A DNA stretch of 62,829 nt, the filler included, from Globobulimina sp. (Eukaryota), in assembly GCA_003354225.1 (NCBI GenBank). It is 30 parts of 30 records of this genome, joined end to end, with 100 filler letters (N's around TTAATTAATTAA, not from the genome) between each part and the next. Parts side by side here need not be neighbours in the genome. Positions count along the whole stretch, not along the records: positions 25,184 to 27,181 come from PIVH01009882.1; positions 27,282 to 29,279 come from PIVH01009883.1; positions 29,380 to 31,377 come from PIVH01009884.1; positions 31,478 to 33,475 come from PIVH01009885.1; positions 33,576 to 35,573 come from PIVH01009886.1; positions 35,674 to 37,671 come from PIVH01009887.1; 24 more parts are not named here. One strand, written 5' to 3'. The notes under the pieces are model-generated. The model saw only the letters and a program-made list of their open reading frames with translations. It had not been told where the DNA came from and ran no database searches. Of the stretch, positions 25,184-37,771 are shown one piece after another; the stretch's first letter is position 1, and each line of letters opens with the position of its first letter. Position numbers and translations under genes: made by a program.

Positions 25184-26370
25184 AAAAAATAGCCAAGTAC
25201 AGGGACAATGTATTTTTCCCGGAAGGATATAAGAAATGGACGCGTCAACAACATATGGACCATATCGATAACTCCATCCATGAACGTACGAAATTGTTAT
25301 TATTTTTAGACATCGACCACACAATTTTGCATAGTACACGTGATAAACGGGGCAAATTGTATTTAAATGATAAGGTATTCGGCTCGGATATATTTGAGAT
25401 CAATTTCCCAAATCAATACAATGCCTCCTATTATATCAAATTCCGGCCCTCATTCCGTGCCATGATACGGGAATTGAGCCCGATTTATGATTTTGTGCTG
25501 TATACAATGGGCAGTCGGTGCTACGCCGAACAGGTCGCTATGGTGATTGATGAACATTTTCGGAAGTATATTCCGTGCAAATCCTCAGAAAAACATAACA
25601 AAACCTTTATTGTCGGGAATAGAATCATTTGTCGCGAAGACCATGGTAGTATTTCAGACAAAGATTATAAGAAAGATGTGGCTCAATTTGCACCCATTTC
25701 GGGAGATTGGTGTGTGACAATGGATGATGTGCCGGAAGTGTGGAAAAACCGCGATGAGATCCACCGAGTGCCCAAATATTTATTTTGGCCCAATCCGGAT
25801 AAGACGGCACCAGGCACCACTCATAAACATCAAAATGATGATACAAATAACAAAATAAACATATGGAGCAAGAATAGTATAACTAAATGGAATGATAATA
25901 AGTCATTATTGCGACAGGAGAAAGACAGTGTGCTGTTGCAATGTATTGAGATTGCCAAGGCAGTGCACGAGTGTTATTACTCCAAATATACTCCGAATGT
26001 GTCTGCAAACTCCAAGTCGAAGTCTGTGGCATCCGCACCAAAGATATTTAATATGATTCGAGCAAATGTAATGAAGGATTCTCATCTAGCATTTACAGGA
26101 GTTTTTCCACAGCGCAATGCGCGGAATGATTTTCATTGGAAATTGGCACAGTTATTTGGCGCAAATGTTTCTGAGATAATCACAAATAAAACAACGCATT
26201 TGATTGGCAAAGATAGTAAGACCTCAAAAATACAACAAGCGATAAAAGACGGTAAAATTGAAATAGTTCATGTGAATTGGTTGTATCAAACATTATTTAA
26301 TTTTGGATTTGCTGATTGTAATAGATTTCGAATGTTTAAAAACGGCGATGATAAACATACGCCTCCAATG
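25184..26370 (+). CDS. FCP1/CPL-like RNA polymerase II CTD phosphatase with BRCT domain (5' partial; 3' end probably spliced)
   Basis: HAD motif LDIDHTILHS, YIKFRP, LYTMG..CYA, RIICRE, MDD..VW; BRCT AFTGVFP...TTHLI...VHVNWL; probable donor at 26371. Confidence 0.9.
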
Positions 26371-27152
26371 GTATATAATTATATATATTTTGTGTTTTTG
26401 TTTGATATTTTTGTGTGTTTGTTTGTTTGTTGGGTGCTCAATCACGTCACGCACATACGTTGCAATGTGGACATGGTCATTCAATCCAACTCACTCACTT
26501 CAATATTATGCACATCATCAATTCGGTCACATATAAAATATAAAATATGTCCGAAATGATATTACTGTTTTAAAATACTAATACTAATTTATGTTTTTTG
26601 TGTTTTTAATAAATATTTAGCATTGTAATGTCAAGGTCAAATCAAAGATAGAGTTAGTTTCAATGTATCAGAATAGTACGTAACAGAAAAAGGATTATTA
26701 TTTTATTGTTTAAAGAAACATTTAAAAGAGATTGAAACAGTTTTTTTAGTCGCATCAATACTGAATTGACAAATATATTGTTGTGAATGTGTTTTTTCAT
26801 TTGATTTCAATTCTTTTTTGTGTTTGTAAATGTTTTAATCATTTTACTTTGTTTAATCACACGAACTTATCTTGTCCTTGTATCTTTTGGTTCAGTTATA
26901 CTTATATTTATATACTGAAACTGTTTGATATAGCTTTGTGTTGGGTTTGTATACGAGGGCGAGTTATTATATGATAACCAAATGCATATTAAAATTAATA
27001 ATAACATGCATTTGCGCCTCCATACAAGAATTGTGTTATAATAACTTGAGATTGTGTTAACTTTAAGAAATATTCTTGTCGCTTGTTTGAGCTCTACTAT
27101 TTTTTTACTTACTGCATGCAAGTAGCTTTTTATAAATTATTTTTTTTGTTAG

Positions 27153-27181
27153 TTGATACTTGATACTTGATACTTGATACT
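27153..27181 (+). repeat. (TTGATAC)n heptamer microsatellite at contig end
   Basis: Four tandem TTGATAC units ending the contig. Confidence 0.8.
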
Positions 27182-27385
27182 NNNNNNNNNNNNNNNNNNN
27201 NNNNNNNNNNNNNNNNNNNNNNNNNTTAATTAATTAANNNNNNNNNNNNNNNNNNNNNNNNNNNNNNNNNNNNNNNNNNNNGAAATCCGCTCTAAGAAAA
27301 CAGTTTAGAATTATAAATATATAAAACAACTAAATTTCTGCGTGCAACAGTTAAAACAATATAAATAAGTAAAAATAAATGGTGA

Positions 27386-29059
27386 TTATCTCAATTCTAT
27401 TTCTATGCTATGATCAACAGTGCTCGGTGTTGTGGTTTCTTTATTGCTTGCGTTTGACGGATATTTGCTAATATCTGAAATTGATAAGGTATCGCGGAGC
27501 TTGGCGATTGTTTTTGATCTTGTTTTCAATTTAAATCTACACCAACTATTATCTACCAAACCAACTATTTCTTCGACCGAATTGTCAAATATTAATGGAT
27601 TAAATTTAAAGTTATTTTTATTCATAATAACGGAATTAATGATACCTTCAATCTCCATACTTGCTTGCCATGATATGTTGATTTGGAGCGGCGCACTGCG
27701 AGTAATATATTTATTGTATAATGATAATATTTGTTGCAACGGATGAATTGTTTCTTTTCCATAAATAATTGAAGATTTTGTGTCTGATGGTAAATGTAAA
27801 TAATATCCAACATTTGTGTTATTATTCGATATTGCATTATCTAACGCTGCATCATCAAAATGTTTTGCTTTTAATTGCATCACTTCCAAAATAAATAATA
27901 AATCTAAATATTAACAGAATATGAAAGAAAATAAAGTTGATCAACAAGAGGCGAATAAGGGATGTATAGATTATATAGAACGATTTGTTAACTTTCAACG
28001 GAATATTCACGAACAAGGTGAGACATAAAATTATCGAAATTTTCTCTTGATTGACTCACGTATTCTGTCCACAGAGGTGGAGCTTTTCCAGCAATCGATA
28101 ACCGTAATCCTTCAGTGATTTTCATGTCTTGTAAATGATACAATGGATATAAAATGGCAGCGCCATTCACTAAGCCACTGCAAATAAATGATATATACGG
28201 AGTTAATATGGCAACGAAAATATATTTGTCATGCAATTTCAGCGGAATTGTGACGCCGTAATATGCTCCGATCGCAAACCATATCACTGAACAAATAGCC
28301 ATCTCCTTTCTAATACAAAATACTAATTATAAATGTAAACAATATCAACAAACATTTGTGTGTGAATTAGAGTTAATTGTTAGACAGACATACCATCATT
28401 TTTTGGTGTTCGATACAGAATAATCATTTGGAAAACAAACACAAAAAACATAGAGGCACAGTTAAGTTCTTCAAATAAACAAATATCATAAAATGCAATG
28501 ACTGTGAATATCGATATTAAGACAAAATAAAATATTAAAAGATGCCATTTCATTTTTTCGAATGATCCAATTAATGTTGATTTGAATTTTAAAAAAAAAT
28601 TATTTTGCGTTGAGGTTCTATTTATTTCTCGCAGCCACTCTGAACGTTTTATTTCTTGTGACCATCGCAAATTGAAATACTGCATTTATATCAACAGTTG
28701 GTGGATAATAAAGCTTTGATGAACAGTATACACAAAGAACATACCAATAACCACACACGAACAGTAAATGTAAGACATAACCCATGTAACGCACAACTTG
28801 TAATGATCTCCAATATTTGCAGTGGTACGGTTTTGCAAACTGGTAATACACATAATTGGCGATGATAACCTCCCCATAATAAAACAGTGTTTGTGTAAAT
28901 CAAAAACGTAAATATAATTACAGCAAACAACAGCTTGGGATCTCTTTTGAGGAAATCATGATTATGTCGGTGTTTCCAGAGAATGTGCACCAAACAGACT
29001 GTAAAAGGTAAATAAACCATTGCCCAAAGACATAGTTGGATTGCTGCAGATATATGCAT
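27386..29059 (-). CDS. 7TM-RGS protein (four exons, apparently complete)
   Basis: GT-AG introns 28680-28744, 28323-28393 and 27904-27992 give one frame with about seven hydrophobic helices, then RGS motifs FMSHLVREYSVENLLF, YNKYITRSAPLQINIS, FDNSVEEI...NSWCRF. Confidence 0.88.
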
Positions 29060-29508
29060 TGTGAATTAAAGATGGGTTATTGCTGTTATTGTTTAAATGG
29101 TATTGTCGTAGCTTTTCTTACAGGATCATTTAAAATGAACCCATGATAAACTCAATACAAATGCACCTTTTTTGTTTTTAGTTGGAAAATATGGAGTGTA
29201 AATGATTTTTTTTTTGACAATCTTTGGGGCGATAGACCCTTATTCGATGTTAATTTCAATTTTGATGAAAATAGTAGTANNNNNNNNNNNNNNNNNNNNN
29301 NNNNNNNNNNNNNNNNNNNNNNNTTAATTAATTAANNNNNNNNNNNNNNNNNNNNNNNNNNNNNNNNNNNNNNNNNNNNAAAATTCAAAATGCACCAGAT
29401 ACAGTATTAAAAAAAAACGATCCGGACATGAAACGCAATAATTTAGTGCAAATACACAATAATTTAATGTTGAAACAAAAAAAAAAAAACAAAAAAACCT
29501 AATATTAG

Positions 29509-30705
29509 CTACAATGCAATAATCATACAAGATATATTATCCTGCGACCTCCGATCCAATGCATTCTTCACAATATCAAGACATATTTGATGTAAACATC
29601 CCTTTAAATGCATATTAGTGATTTGACTGAAACTTTTAACCTGCGACTTTTTCAACACCTGCGTATAGACATAATCCACCACCTCCTCATCGCTCAACAC
29701 ATCCCACACTCCGTCACACGCAATGATCATAAAATAGTCCTCCTTCACAAGCTCCATATTGGTAATGGTCGGTTTCACCGTAATCGGAGGCTTCAACAAA
29801 TGGTCGCCAAAGGCACGCGTCACCGCCAACAGTCCGTTCACACGCTTCAGCCGTCCAATGGTGCCGCCCCGCTTCCGTATCATGGCCGCCTCGCTCGCAT
29901 CATCCGCCTTATGGTCCTTGGTCAGCCGGATGGCTTTGCCCTTCCTGCACAACACACCTCGCGTATCGCCGCAATTGGCGATGGTAAAACAATTATTCTT
30001 TCGATCCAACAGCAAAGTGACACTGGTCGCGCCGGACTGATAGATCTGTTGTCTATGGATCTGTTTATCAGTGATAGAGTACACATCTTCCAACGCCTTG
30101 CTCATAGCGATATTGCTGTGGCCGGGCAAGCTCAAATAATGCTGCAAGTTCAAATACAGCGCACACGTTAAGAAATCCACAGTAGCTCTCCCGCCATGGC
30201 CGTCGTACAAACCGAAGAAGCCCAAATAGGATTTCTCGCAGTAACGGTCTATCAATATATGGTCGTCCTCCATGCTCGGCCTCCTTCCGATTGTGTGCGC
30301 CTCGACGGCCAAGCGACAGCAGGACCATTCATGCGAGGAAAGCTCACAGAAACGAGGGACTAACTTGAATTTAGAGGTGATTTTCTCTAAGCGATAGACG
30401 GTGAGGTCGCGCACTCGTTTGATGATGAAGAGGTCGGTGGAGCTCGTGTAGAAGGAAGAGGAGAGGATTAGGAACTCGCGGTTGTTGTTGACGAGGCTGT
30501 AGCCGATGCATTTTAGTAAGGCCTCGCCGTGGGTTAAATGTCCTAAACGAACTTGGTAGTTGGCGTTGCCGATGCGAATTTTGCGGTATTTCTCCTCCAA
30601 CGGATGTTTGATGATATTGGATACGTAGATTAGGAACGTTTGCAAGCCTTCGCGTACGTCCACTAAGCAGTTGTGAAGCACCAATTTGTCCAATAATTCA
30701 GTCAT
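29509..30705 (-). CDS. PUB domain - PP2C (PPM) phosphatase fusion
   Basis: N-terminal NIIKHPLEEKYRKIRIGN...LLKCIGY (PUB); PP2C motifs RPSMED, YDGHGG, ANCGDTR, LAVTRAFGD, IACDGVWD, SQDNIS. Confidence 0.92.
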   Translation of the reverse strand: MTELLDKLVLHNCLVDVREGLQTFLIYVSNIIKHPLEEKYRKIRIGNANYQVRLGHLTHGEALLKCIGYSLVNNNREFLILSSSFYTSSTDLFIIKRVRDLTVYRLEKITSKFKLVPRFCELSSHEWSCCRLAVEAHTIGRRPSMEDDHILIDRYCEKSYLGFFGLYDGHGGRATVDFLTCALYLNLQHYLSLPGHSNIAMSKALEDVYSITDKQIHRQQIYQSGATSVTLLLDRKNNCFTIANCGDTRGVLCRKGKAIRLTKDHKADDASEAAMIRKRGGTIGRLKRVNGLLAVTRAFGDHLLKPPITVKPTITNMELVKEDYFMIIACDGVWDVLSDEEVVDYVYTQVLKKSQVKSFSQITNMHLKGCLHQICLDIVKNALDRRSQDNISCMIIAL

Positions 30706-31477
30706 TTCAGATATCTGTTATGGTATTAAAGAAGAGGGGGAATTCAAGATCGCAAAATCGCAACTAAACTATGTCATTGTTTATGTTTTTTTTAGATTCG
30801 TGATAGCCGTTTATTTGATCTTCATTGGTGTTGTTGTGTGGTGGCTTTGGTTTGGGTTTTGTTTTGTTATCGTTTGGTGTTGGTGTTGATGTTGGAGGTG
30901 GTTTAGGTTGGCTTTTCATCGGTGATACTGACGTTGCCATAGGATTGAATTGTATATGATTAGTGAGACTGCAGTGGTTGTGATATTTAAGTATTTGTCA
31001 GACCAAAGAGGCCATGTTTCATTTGCCTTTAAAGGGTCGTAAATTTGTAAAAGTATACGAAACATACTAGTGAAAAACTGTAGGAAATAATTTGCGTCAT
31101 AAAAATATGAAAACTCAATAATAAACAGAATTCGATTTAAAATGGGTATGTTATCATTGGATATTGTATCAACGCAACCACAATGCTTAGAGTGGATGAT
31201 AAATTTATGTTAGCTTTACCTATATATAATAATATCAAATATAGAGTATTCGGGAAATTTTATGCAAAATAAAAATGTACAAAGTGCCATGGCAAGTATT
31301 GATGCAGAATTATTAGTCTTCAAATTAAATAACAAAGAAATTGAGAAAATATGAGAATTTATAATTGTAAAAACAACNNNNNNNNNNNNNNNNNNNNNNN
31401 NNNNNNNNNNNNNNNNNNNNNTTAATTAATTAANNNNNNNNNNNNNNNNNNNNNNNNNNNNNNNNNNNNNNNNNNNN

Positions 31478-33475
31478 CACAATAACCAATCACATGCCTA
31501 CACTTTTATCATTGACCATGTCGCTGATGTGACGCTTGATACTTGTCGCACTGCCACCGATGTCGTTATTTGGGTGTATGATGAAGCCGACAAAGATATA
31601 TCCAGCAAATATTGCGACGGGCCATATGGAGCAGGCGATTTTTGTGGGACCTGTAGCTCTGACACTTATTATCCAGAAAATTTTACAATTCCAAATATCG
31701 CACCAGGAACATATCAGATCGTCATTGCGCCGTACCAACATGGCGCAAATTCTGTTTATGATTTGCAAATTGTTTGTTCAATGGCTGACACCGATCCATT
31801 GCAGTGCGGTGATACAATATTTAATACCATCCATGTGGCGGATGTAAGACATGAATATCTATTTGTAATAAAGGATAAATATAATGTAACGTTTGATACT
31901 TGTAACGATAGATATAATGGTGATGCAGTGGTCATTTCTCTGAATGGATATAATTTGTCAGACAATTGTTCCGCTGATGCCTATGACGTTGAACCAGAGA
32001 CTTATAGAATTGTAGTTAATCCCTCGTGGTCCGCAAATACAGATTATGACATTGCGTACAAGCTTGCCATTACATGCAGTAATCCGTCATTAGTGCTGCA
32101 ATGTGGCGATATCCTATCGGATGTAACCATGACTGCTGATGTAGACGAATATCAATTTATACTCGACACTCCATTGGATGTTATGTTTGATAGCTGCGGA
32201 AGTCGCAATAATGTATCACTTAATGTTTATCATAATTCAGGGCTCAGTGTATCGAAAGACTGGCAGTGTGATGGCAGTGCTGTAAACTGTGGAAACTGCG
32301 ATGCTGGTTTTACCATTCCGTACATGTTTCCCAGTACATATATAATTAAGGTCTTGCCGGTGGATACAAACGAAACTATCAAGTACGATTTAGCTGTAAC
32401 TTGCAGAGACACACAGTATGTTATGACTGTAGGTGCTTATCATACGTGGCATAGTGCAAATATAGCTTGTCAACGTATGTTCAATGCCACGTTGGCTACT
32501 CCCAAAACAGAAACAGATTGGGATAGGATCAACTGGCAGTTCTTTGAGGCATATCTTATTAATAATTATGGAGAGAAAAGCATTTTGGGCGCATGGATTG
32601 GATTGCATAATGATTTTAGTGATGGAAGTGGGAGTAAATGGCAATGGGCTGACGGATCATTATGCAATTCTACTGACAAAGGACATTGCGACTCCGTTTC
32701 CAATTCATTCCCTCCTCTACGACGCACCTCGATTCCAGCAAACCAAAGCCAACCACTTTATGCTCTTTATTCTCAATCAGGGGAATCGCAGCCTACAATT
32801 GAATATATTTCAGAGAATAATGATGTGCTGATAAACCATGTTGATTCAGCATTTAACGAAGCATTTATATGCAATGGTGGACCAAAGTACACCCCGACAT
32901 GTGAGGAGATTACTGACTGTTGGATTGCAATGAATTGCTGTGATGATGGACAGTTATTTGAAGATATTCAAAACTCTCAGAATCAAAACAGAGCGCCGAT
33001 GGTATATTGGAATAATACATTGTTTGTTATTGGTTGGCGCAAAATACATTATACACAATATAAATTGGGAATGTATATGGATTCCGAACATCAATGGAAT
33101 GCGTCGTGGTATGATTCTGGGAGCTCGAGTGATCGCATTGTTTGTCCGTTTAATGTCGATTATACCAAGGTGTTGAACCAAACGTTAACTGAATCATCAT
33201 TACGTGCACGTTTTCGCCAAATAGATGAAGATAACATAATTGACCCATTTTACGATTATTGGCCAGTGCAACAATATGCGCAATATAAATCATCATTGTA
33301 TTTATATTATCCTGTATATTATCCTATGTATAATCCTGCCACTCATGAAATACTACATATAGTATTTCTTCATATTGATTTGAACACTTTGAATATCACA
33401 GCGATACATACCCCTCAAACTGATCAGGATCTCATAGCAGAACAACAGACTGTCGACGATTTAGATGATAAGTGC
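31478..33475 (+). CDS. Extracellular protein with repeated LQCGD beta-sandwich (PPC-like) modules and a C-type lectin domain (partial)
   Basis: Three (L)QCGD/..FD(T/S)C..P.TY.I repeats; CTL signature TWHSANIAC...LAT...WIGL...WQWADGS. Confidence 0.7.
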
Positions 33476-33628
33476 NNNNNNNNNNNNNNNNNNNNNNNNN
33501 NNNNNNNNNNNNNNNNNNNTTAATTAATTAANNNNNNNNNNNNNNNNNNNNNNNNNNNNNNNNNNNNNNNNNNNNAAACAATATCTAAATCTGAAATGCA
33601 AAATTAAAAAAAAATGAATCACAATTTG

Positions 33629-35429
33629 TTAGATTTTTGTTTGTCGAGCTAGCATGTGACCTATATCCAAATCACTGATTGTAGCAACATGATGCATTGG
33701 CACTTTACTGCGAGCATGAGACACTATGCGCGGTGTTATCTTCTCATTATCATTTATAACATATTCATATTCATCTCGTCCCATATCGATTGGTTGCATT
33801 TGTGTCTGCCTTTGTTTATGTCCTTTCTCTTCGGGATCAGGGCTAAATGACACTTTTTTTGTTTTGTTGATTGGTGGTAAGTTGAGATGCGTGTTTTGTT
33901 GTTGTTGTTGCCGCAGAATTAAATTTCTTAAATCATTAATTTGAGTTTCAATCTTATTCAATTTATCATCAGTTTTATGTTCAATGCTATCCATTGGCAG
34001 CTTCTCTTTGTTTTGTTTTTGTTTTTGTTTTTCATGCAGCGGATGACAATTATTGTTATCATACAATTTAATAACTTGATCAACTTTTTATTTGTAATTT
34101 GGATCCTTTTGATAGGCATTCGTAATAATTTGAGACTGGAAATTTGAGTTTTGTTCAGAATGAGAATAATTATGATTTAATCTTTTGTATATTTGCGTGA
34201 TCAATGCGGGAATGGATAATATTATCAATAACCACCACCAAATCAGTATTTTAAACACATAATAACTCATTACTTCCAACATCACTTCGAACCGATTTAG
34301 GCCGTGCTTTATTTTCTTATTATTCTGATAATAACTATATGACCGAAAGCAATGTGGACACGAATGAGTGGAACAACTTAATCGTAATCGCAACAATGCT
34401 TTGTCGTCTTCGTCCAACAATTGCCAATATTTAAATAAATCAAAGTATCGATCGATATTTCCTTTATTTGACAATGAGTGTCGGCAATGTCTGCAATATT
34501 TATCATTTGTTAATGTTAAGTTTTTGCATTTATTCTTTTTAGATTTTGTACTTAATCGAACAAAACATCCGCAATAAACATTATCCATCAGATAACGGGA
34601 CTGGTTTTGCAGAGTCACATCCTTTGAGATTTCAAACAAATCATTTTTGTCTTCAGTCTGGTTTTGCAGATTGTTGTTATTATAAATACTGCCTTTCCTG
34701 TTATGTTTGGATTCCTTTTCTTTTTTTTCCAGTTCCTGTTTCAGTGCATATTTAATTGGATACAAAGCCTGTAATTTCATTGTCCAATAAGCGCAGTTAA
34801 ATAATATTAGGAATTGTCAACGCAAAGACCAATAAGTTGAGCGGTGGTGGCATGACTGCCGATTTTTGATCCAATTCAATGGTATGAGTGATGCGCGCAA
34901 AATTAGTCTTTAACCTCGCATTTTGCTTTTCAGCTTCATACGTTATGGTTAATAGAGCGATGAACAAATTCATTAATAACAATGTGCCAAATATAGACAA
35001 TAAAACCATGCACGTTTCGACCATTATGGACTGATCCGAATCAAAGCCATCTTCTTCATCGCTGACAATGGCACCCCATTCTTGCGCAGCTAATAAGCCC
35101 TGAATATGATACAAAAAGACTGAAGATAATCCATTCAAACCGCCAACGATATAAAAGACGGCCAATACGAAGCCAAAGACAAATAAGAATAACAACAATG
35201 CAAAACTGCTGATTTCGACCATAATATTCATTATCATTCGCAATAACGGCCCGCAGTGTTTGTTGCGTTGTAATAATGCTGCGATGCGGCACCATAATAA
35301 TATGACTTGAATCGACAAAAATATCATATAAAGTTTGGTTATGGGCGCATTATGAAAGCATACATTGTCAAACTCTGCAATATCTGGACATATTCCATAA
35401 TAGTAACTGTCCAATAAATTATATTTCAT
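33629..35429 (-). pseudogene. TRP-like cation channel C-terminal half, disrupted
   Basis: S4-S5 linker GPLLRMI, S6 LLLMNLFIALLTITYE and PPPLNL; +1 frameshift near 34797 and an in-frame TAA at 34088-34090 link three ORFs. Confidence 0.65.
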
Positions 35430-35505
35430 ATTTTAAATTCCATAAATTTAATTCCTGTTTTAATCCATTCAATATACCCCACACGACGTCCAATAGCTAT
35501 ATATA

Positions 35506-35507
<2 letters not shown>

Positions 35508-35548
<41 letters not shown>

Positions 35549-35573
35549 TCTTTTTTTTTTTTTTTTTTTTTTT
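35508..35573. repeat. Poly(T)/poly(A) tract at contig end
   Basis: Two long T runs separated by AAAATTC. Confidence 0.85.
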
Positions 35574-35829
35574 NNNNNNNNNNNNNNNNNNNNNNNNNNN
35601 NNNNNNNNNNNNNNNNNTTAATTAATTAANNNNNNNNNNNNNNNNNNNNNNNNNNNNNNNNNNNNNNNNNNNNTGCGTCGAATCGAACGAGTTTTGACCG
35701 ATCAGATTTGAAGTTGCATCAAAGTATACAATCTAAATTTCATATCTTTTTTAATATCATAGCCAATATTGTATACCACATATTTTTTCCTATCCTTACA
35801 ACGAATGTAATCTCTCCAATTAACCACAT

Positions 35830-36997
35830 TCAATGCCAACACACTGCGCACAAAATAACCAAACAAAAGCATACCCAGAAATTGGTCAAATTGGCGGGAA
35901 ATGCTCTGATCAAACAAGGCGTCAACCCCCTGAAAAAAACGCGTATTCCAAACCGCTCGTAATATAATTTAATGACATCCCTTATTCTGGGCGCTCTTGT
36001 TTTTTTCCATCGGGTATAATTATGCGTATCTACGATAGCACCGCCCTGAATTTGCGTTTTTACAAAGTCGGGCGGATAAGAAACAATCCACGACACCATG
36101 CCCGCGATGCCTCCGCCCACAATGACCCTGCCGCTCGCGGACAGACTCGACAAAGTATCGATTTTGCCCAATGTCGCCCTTCTATCAAACCATCGGTTGA
36201 AGGCGTCATAAGCAGCCAAATAGACTCCCCATGCCGGCGCCAACCGAGTCATTGTCGATAAAGCGCCTCGGTACAAAGCTCGGTACTTATAACAGGTCCG
36301 GAAGCAGTGCACCATTCCTTTTTTAGTACAGTATTGCATAGAAACACTGTATATACTCACAACTATATACACTGAAACAATGCCATTTTGATTGTCTGTC
36401 AACAGCATTGTTTCAGCAATGAAATAAGGGTAAAAAATGTAGGTTATGCCTTTGTATTTCCTGGGCTCGAATACGTCGAATTGCATCTGTACTTTGACCA
36501 TCTCTGAGGGACACATGACGGGCGTTAGTACCACACCGCAGACAAAGCCAACTAAGCAGGTGTCGCCAATGGAGAGTATGCCGTCAGGCGGCTGTCTGTA
36601 GGATAAGAGCAGGTCTTTGAGATAGCCGTTGGTGACAAAGAAGACGCAGTAACAAATCATTTTGCCTGTAAGTAAATGTTAAAATGCATTTGATTGAATG
36701 TGTTTGTCAATGGCATGGATTCGTTGCGCATTGCGAACCTAATGAAGGTGATAGAGCGCCCTGATAGAAAGCTCGCAGTCCGGATTCACGGTACATTCTC
36801 ATTGTGGTACCGATAAAACCGGGGGGTTTCTTTCGAATGGTTGACGCCGATTCTTTGGCTGTTCGTTGCATGGCCACTTTGATACAATCGATGGGATAAC
36901 CTACCATTGATTGCACGAATCCGGAGGTTAAGGATGCAAGCATTCGATTGGTATCATGCATGTTCCATGTTCGCGTTTCTACTGATTTGTTGGGCAT
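35830..36997 (-). CDS. Mitochondrial carrier (SLC25) family protein (multi-exon)
   Basis: Three Px(D/E)xxK signatures YPIDCIK, CPSEMVK, YPPDFVK and (F/L)(Y/F)xG motifs; GT-AG intron 36666-36738; probable GC-AG intron 36318-36449; last exon boundary uncertain. Confidence 0.93.
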
Positions 36998-37092
36998 AGT
37001 TGGTGTGATTGATTAGACGGTATTTGAGTTTTGAAAGGTTTTCTGGATGTTGTTGTTTTTTTGTGTCAACTTTAAACTCAACAGAAAAGCAT

Positions 37093-37671
37093 ATGGCAAA
37101 CAGAGAAGACAGTAATATGTATCAAGGCAAATATGAATGGATTATTAAAGGCGGTAAATTAACACAAATGATTAAAGCAGACAATGGACAGAGATTTGCA
37201 TCACAGACATTTAAAATGTGTTCATTAGATTGGTTTATTGAAGCATATCCAAATGGCAATAGAGATAATAATGTTGGTGCATTTAAAGTATATTTAAAAT
37301 TATTATCCTTACCACAACAAGGAAATAAAATGATTATTTGTCGAAGAATTTATTGTAAAGAATTGGATTCAAGTCATACACATATCGACTCATATAAAAA
37401 AGATAAAAGCTGTGGATGGTCAGATTATACATTATCATTAAATGAAGTGAGAAATAATAATATGAAACAAATAAGTTTTATAATTGAAATAAGAATATTA
37501 CGAATAATGAATGAATCATCTTTTGGCACTAAAATAATTTATGAGAATGACATATATTTTGATAAAGCATTTAATAAACAATTATTTAATTGGATAATTG
37601 ATGCAAAATTAATTAAAAAAATGAAAAATTCTTTAAATGGAAAACGATTTGAATCACCAATTTATAATAAA
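37093..37671 (+). CDS. MATH/TRAF-domain protein (tandem MATH, 3' partial)
   Basis: YEWII...FASQTF...WFIEAYPNG...YLKL...CGW; a second repeat begins FNWII...RFESPIY. Confidence 0.8.
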
Positions 37672-37771
37672 NNNNNNNNNNNNNNNNNNNNNNNNNNNNN
37701 NNNNNNNNNNNNNNNTTAATTAATTAANNNNNNNNNNNNNNNNNNNNNNNNNNNNNNNNNNNNNNNNNNNN

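Noticed and set aside
27153-27181. TTGATAC array as a telomere
   Set aside because: Only four units, no G-rich strand, not seen at other contig ends.
34088-34090. In-frame TAA as evidence of a ciliate-like genetic code
   Set aside because: Other genes here (7TM-RGS, phnX, zinc finger) end at TAA and long ORFs have no internal TAA/TAG.
36318-36449. TPP riboswitch or iron-responsive element in the carrier intron
   Set aside because: Only GCTGAAA and CAGTGT fragments; conserved cores and stems are missing.
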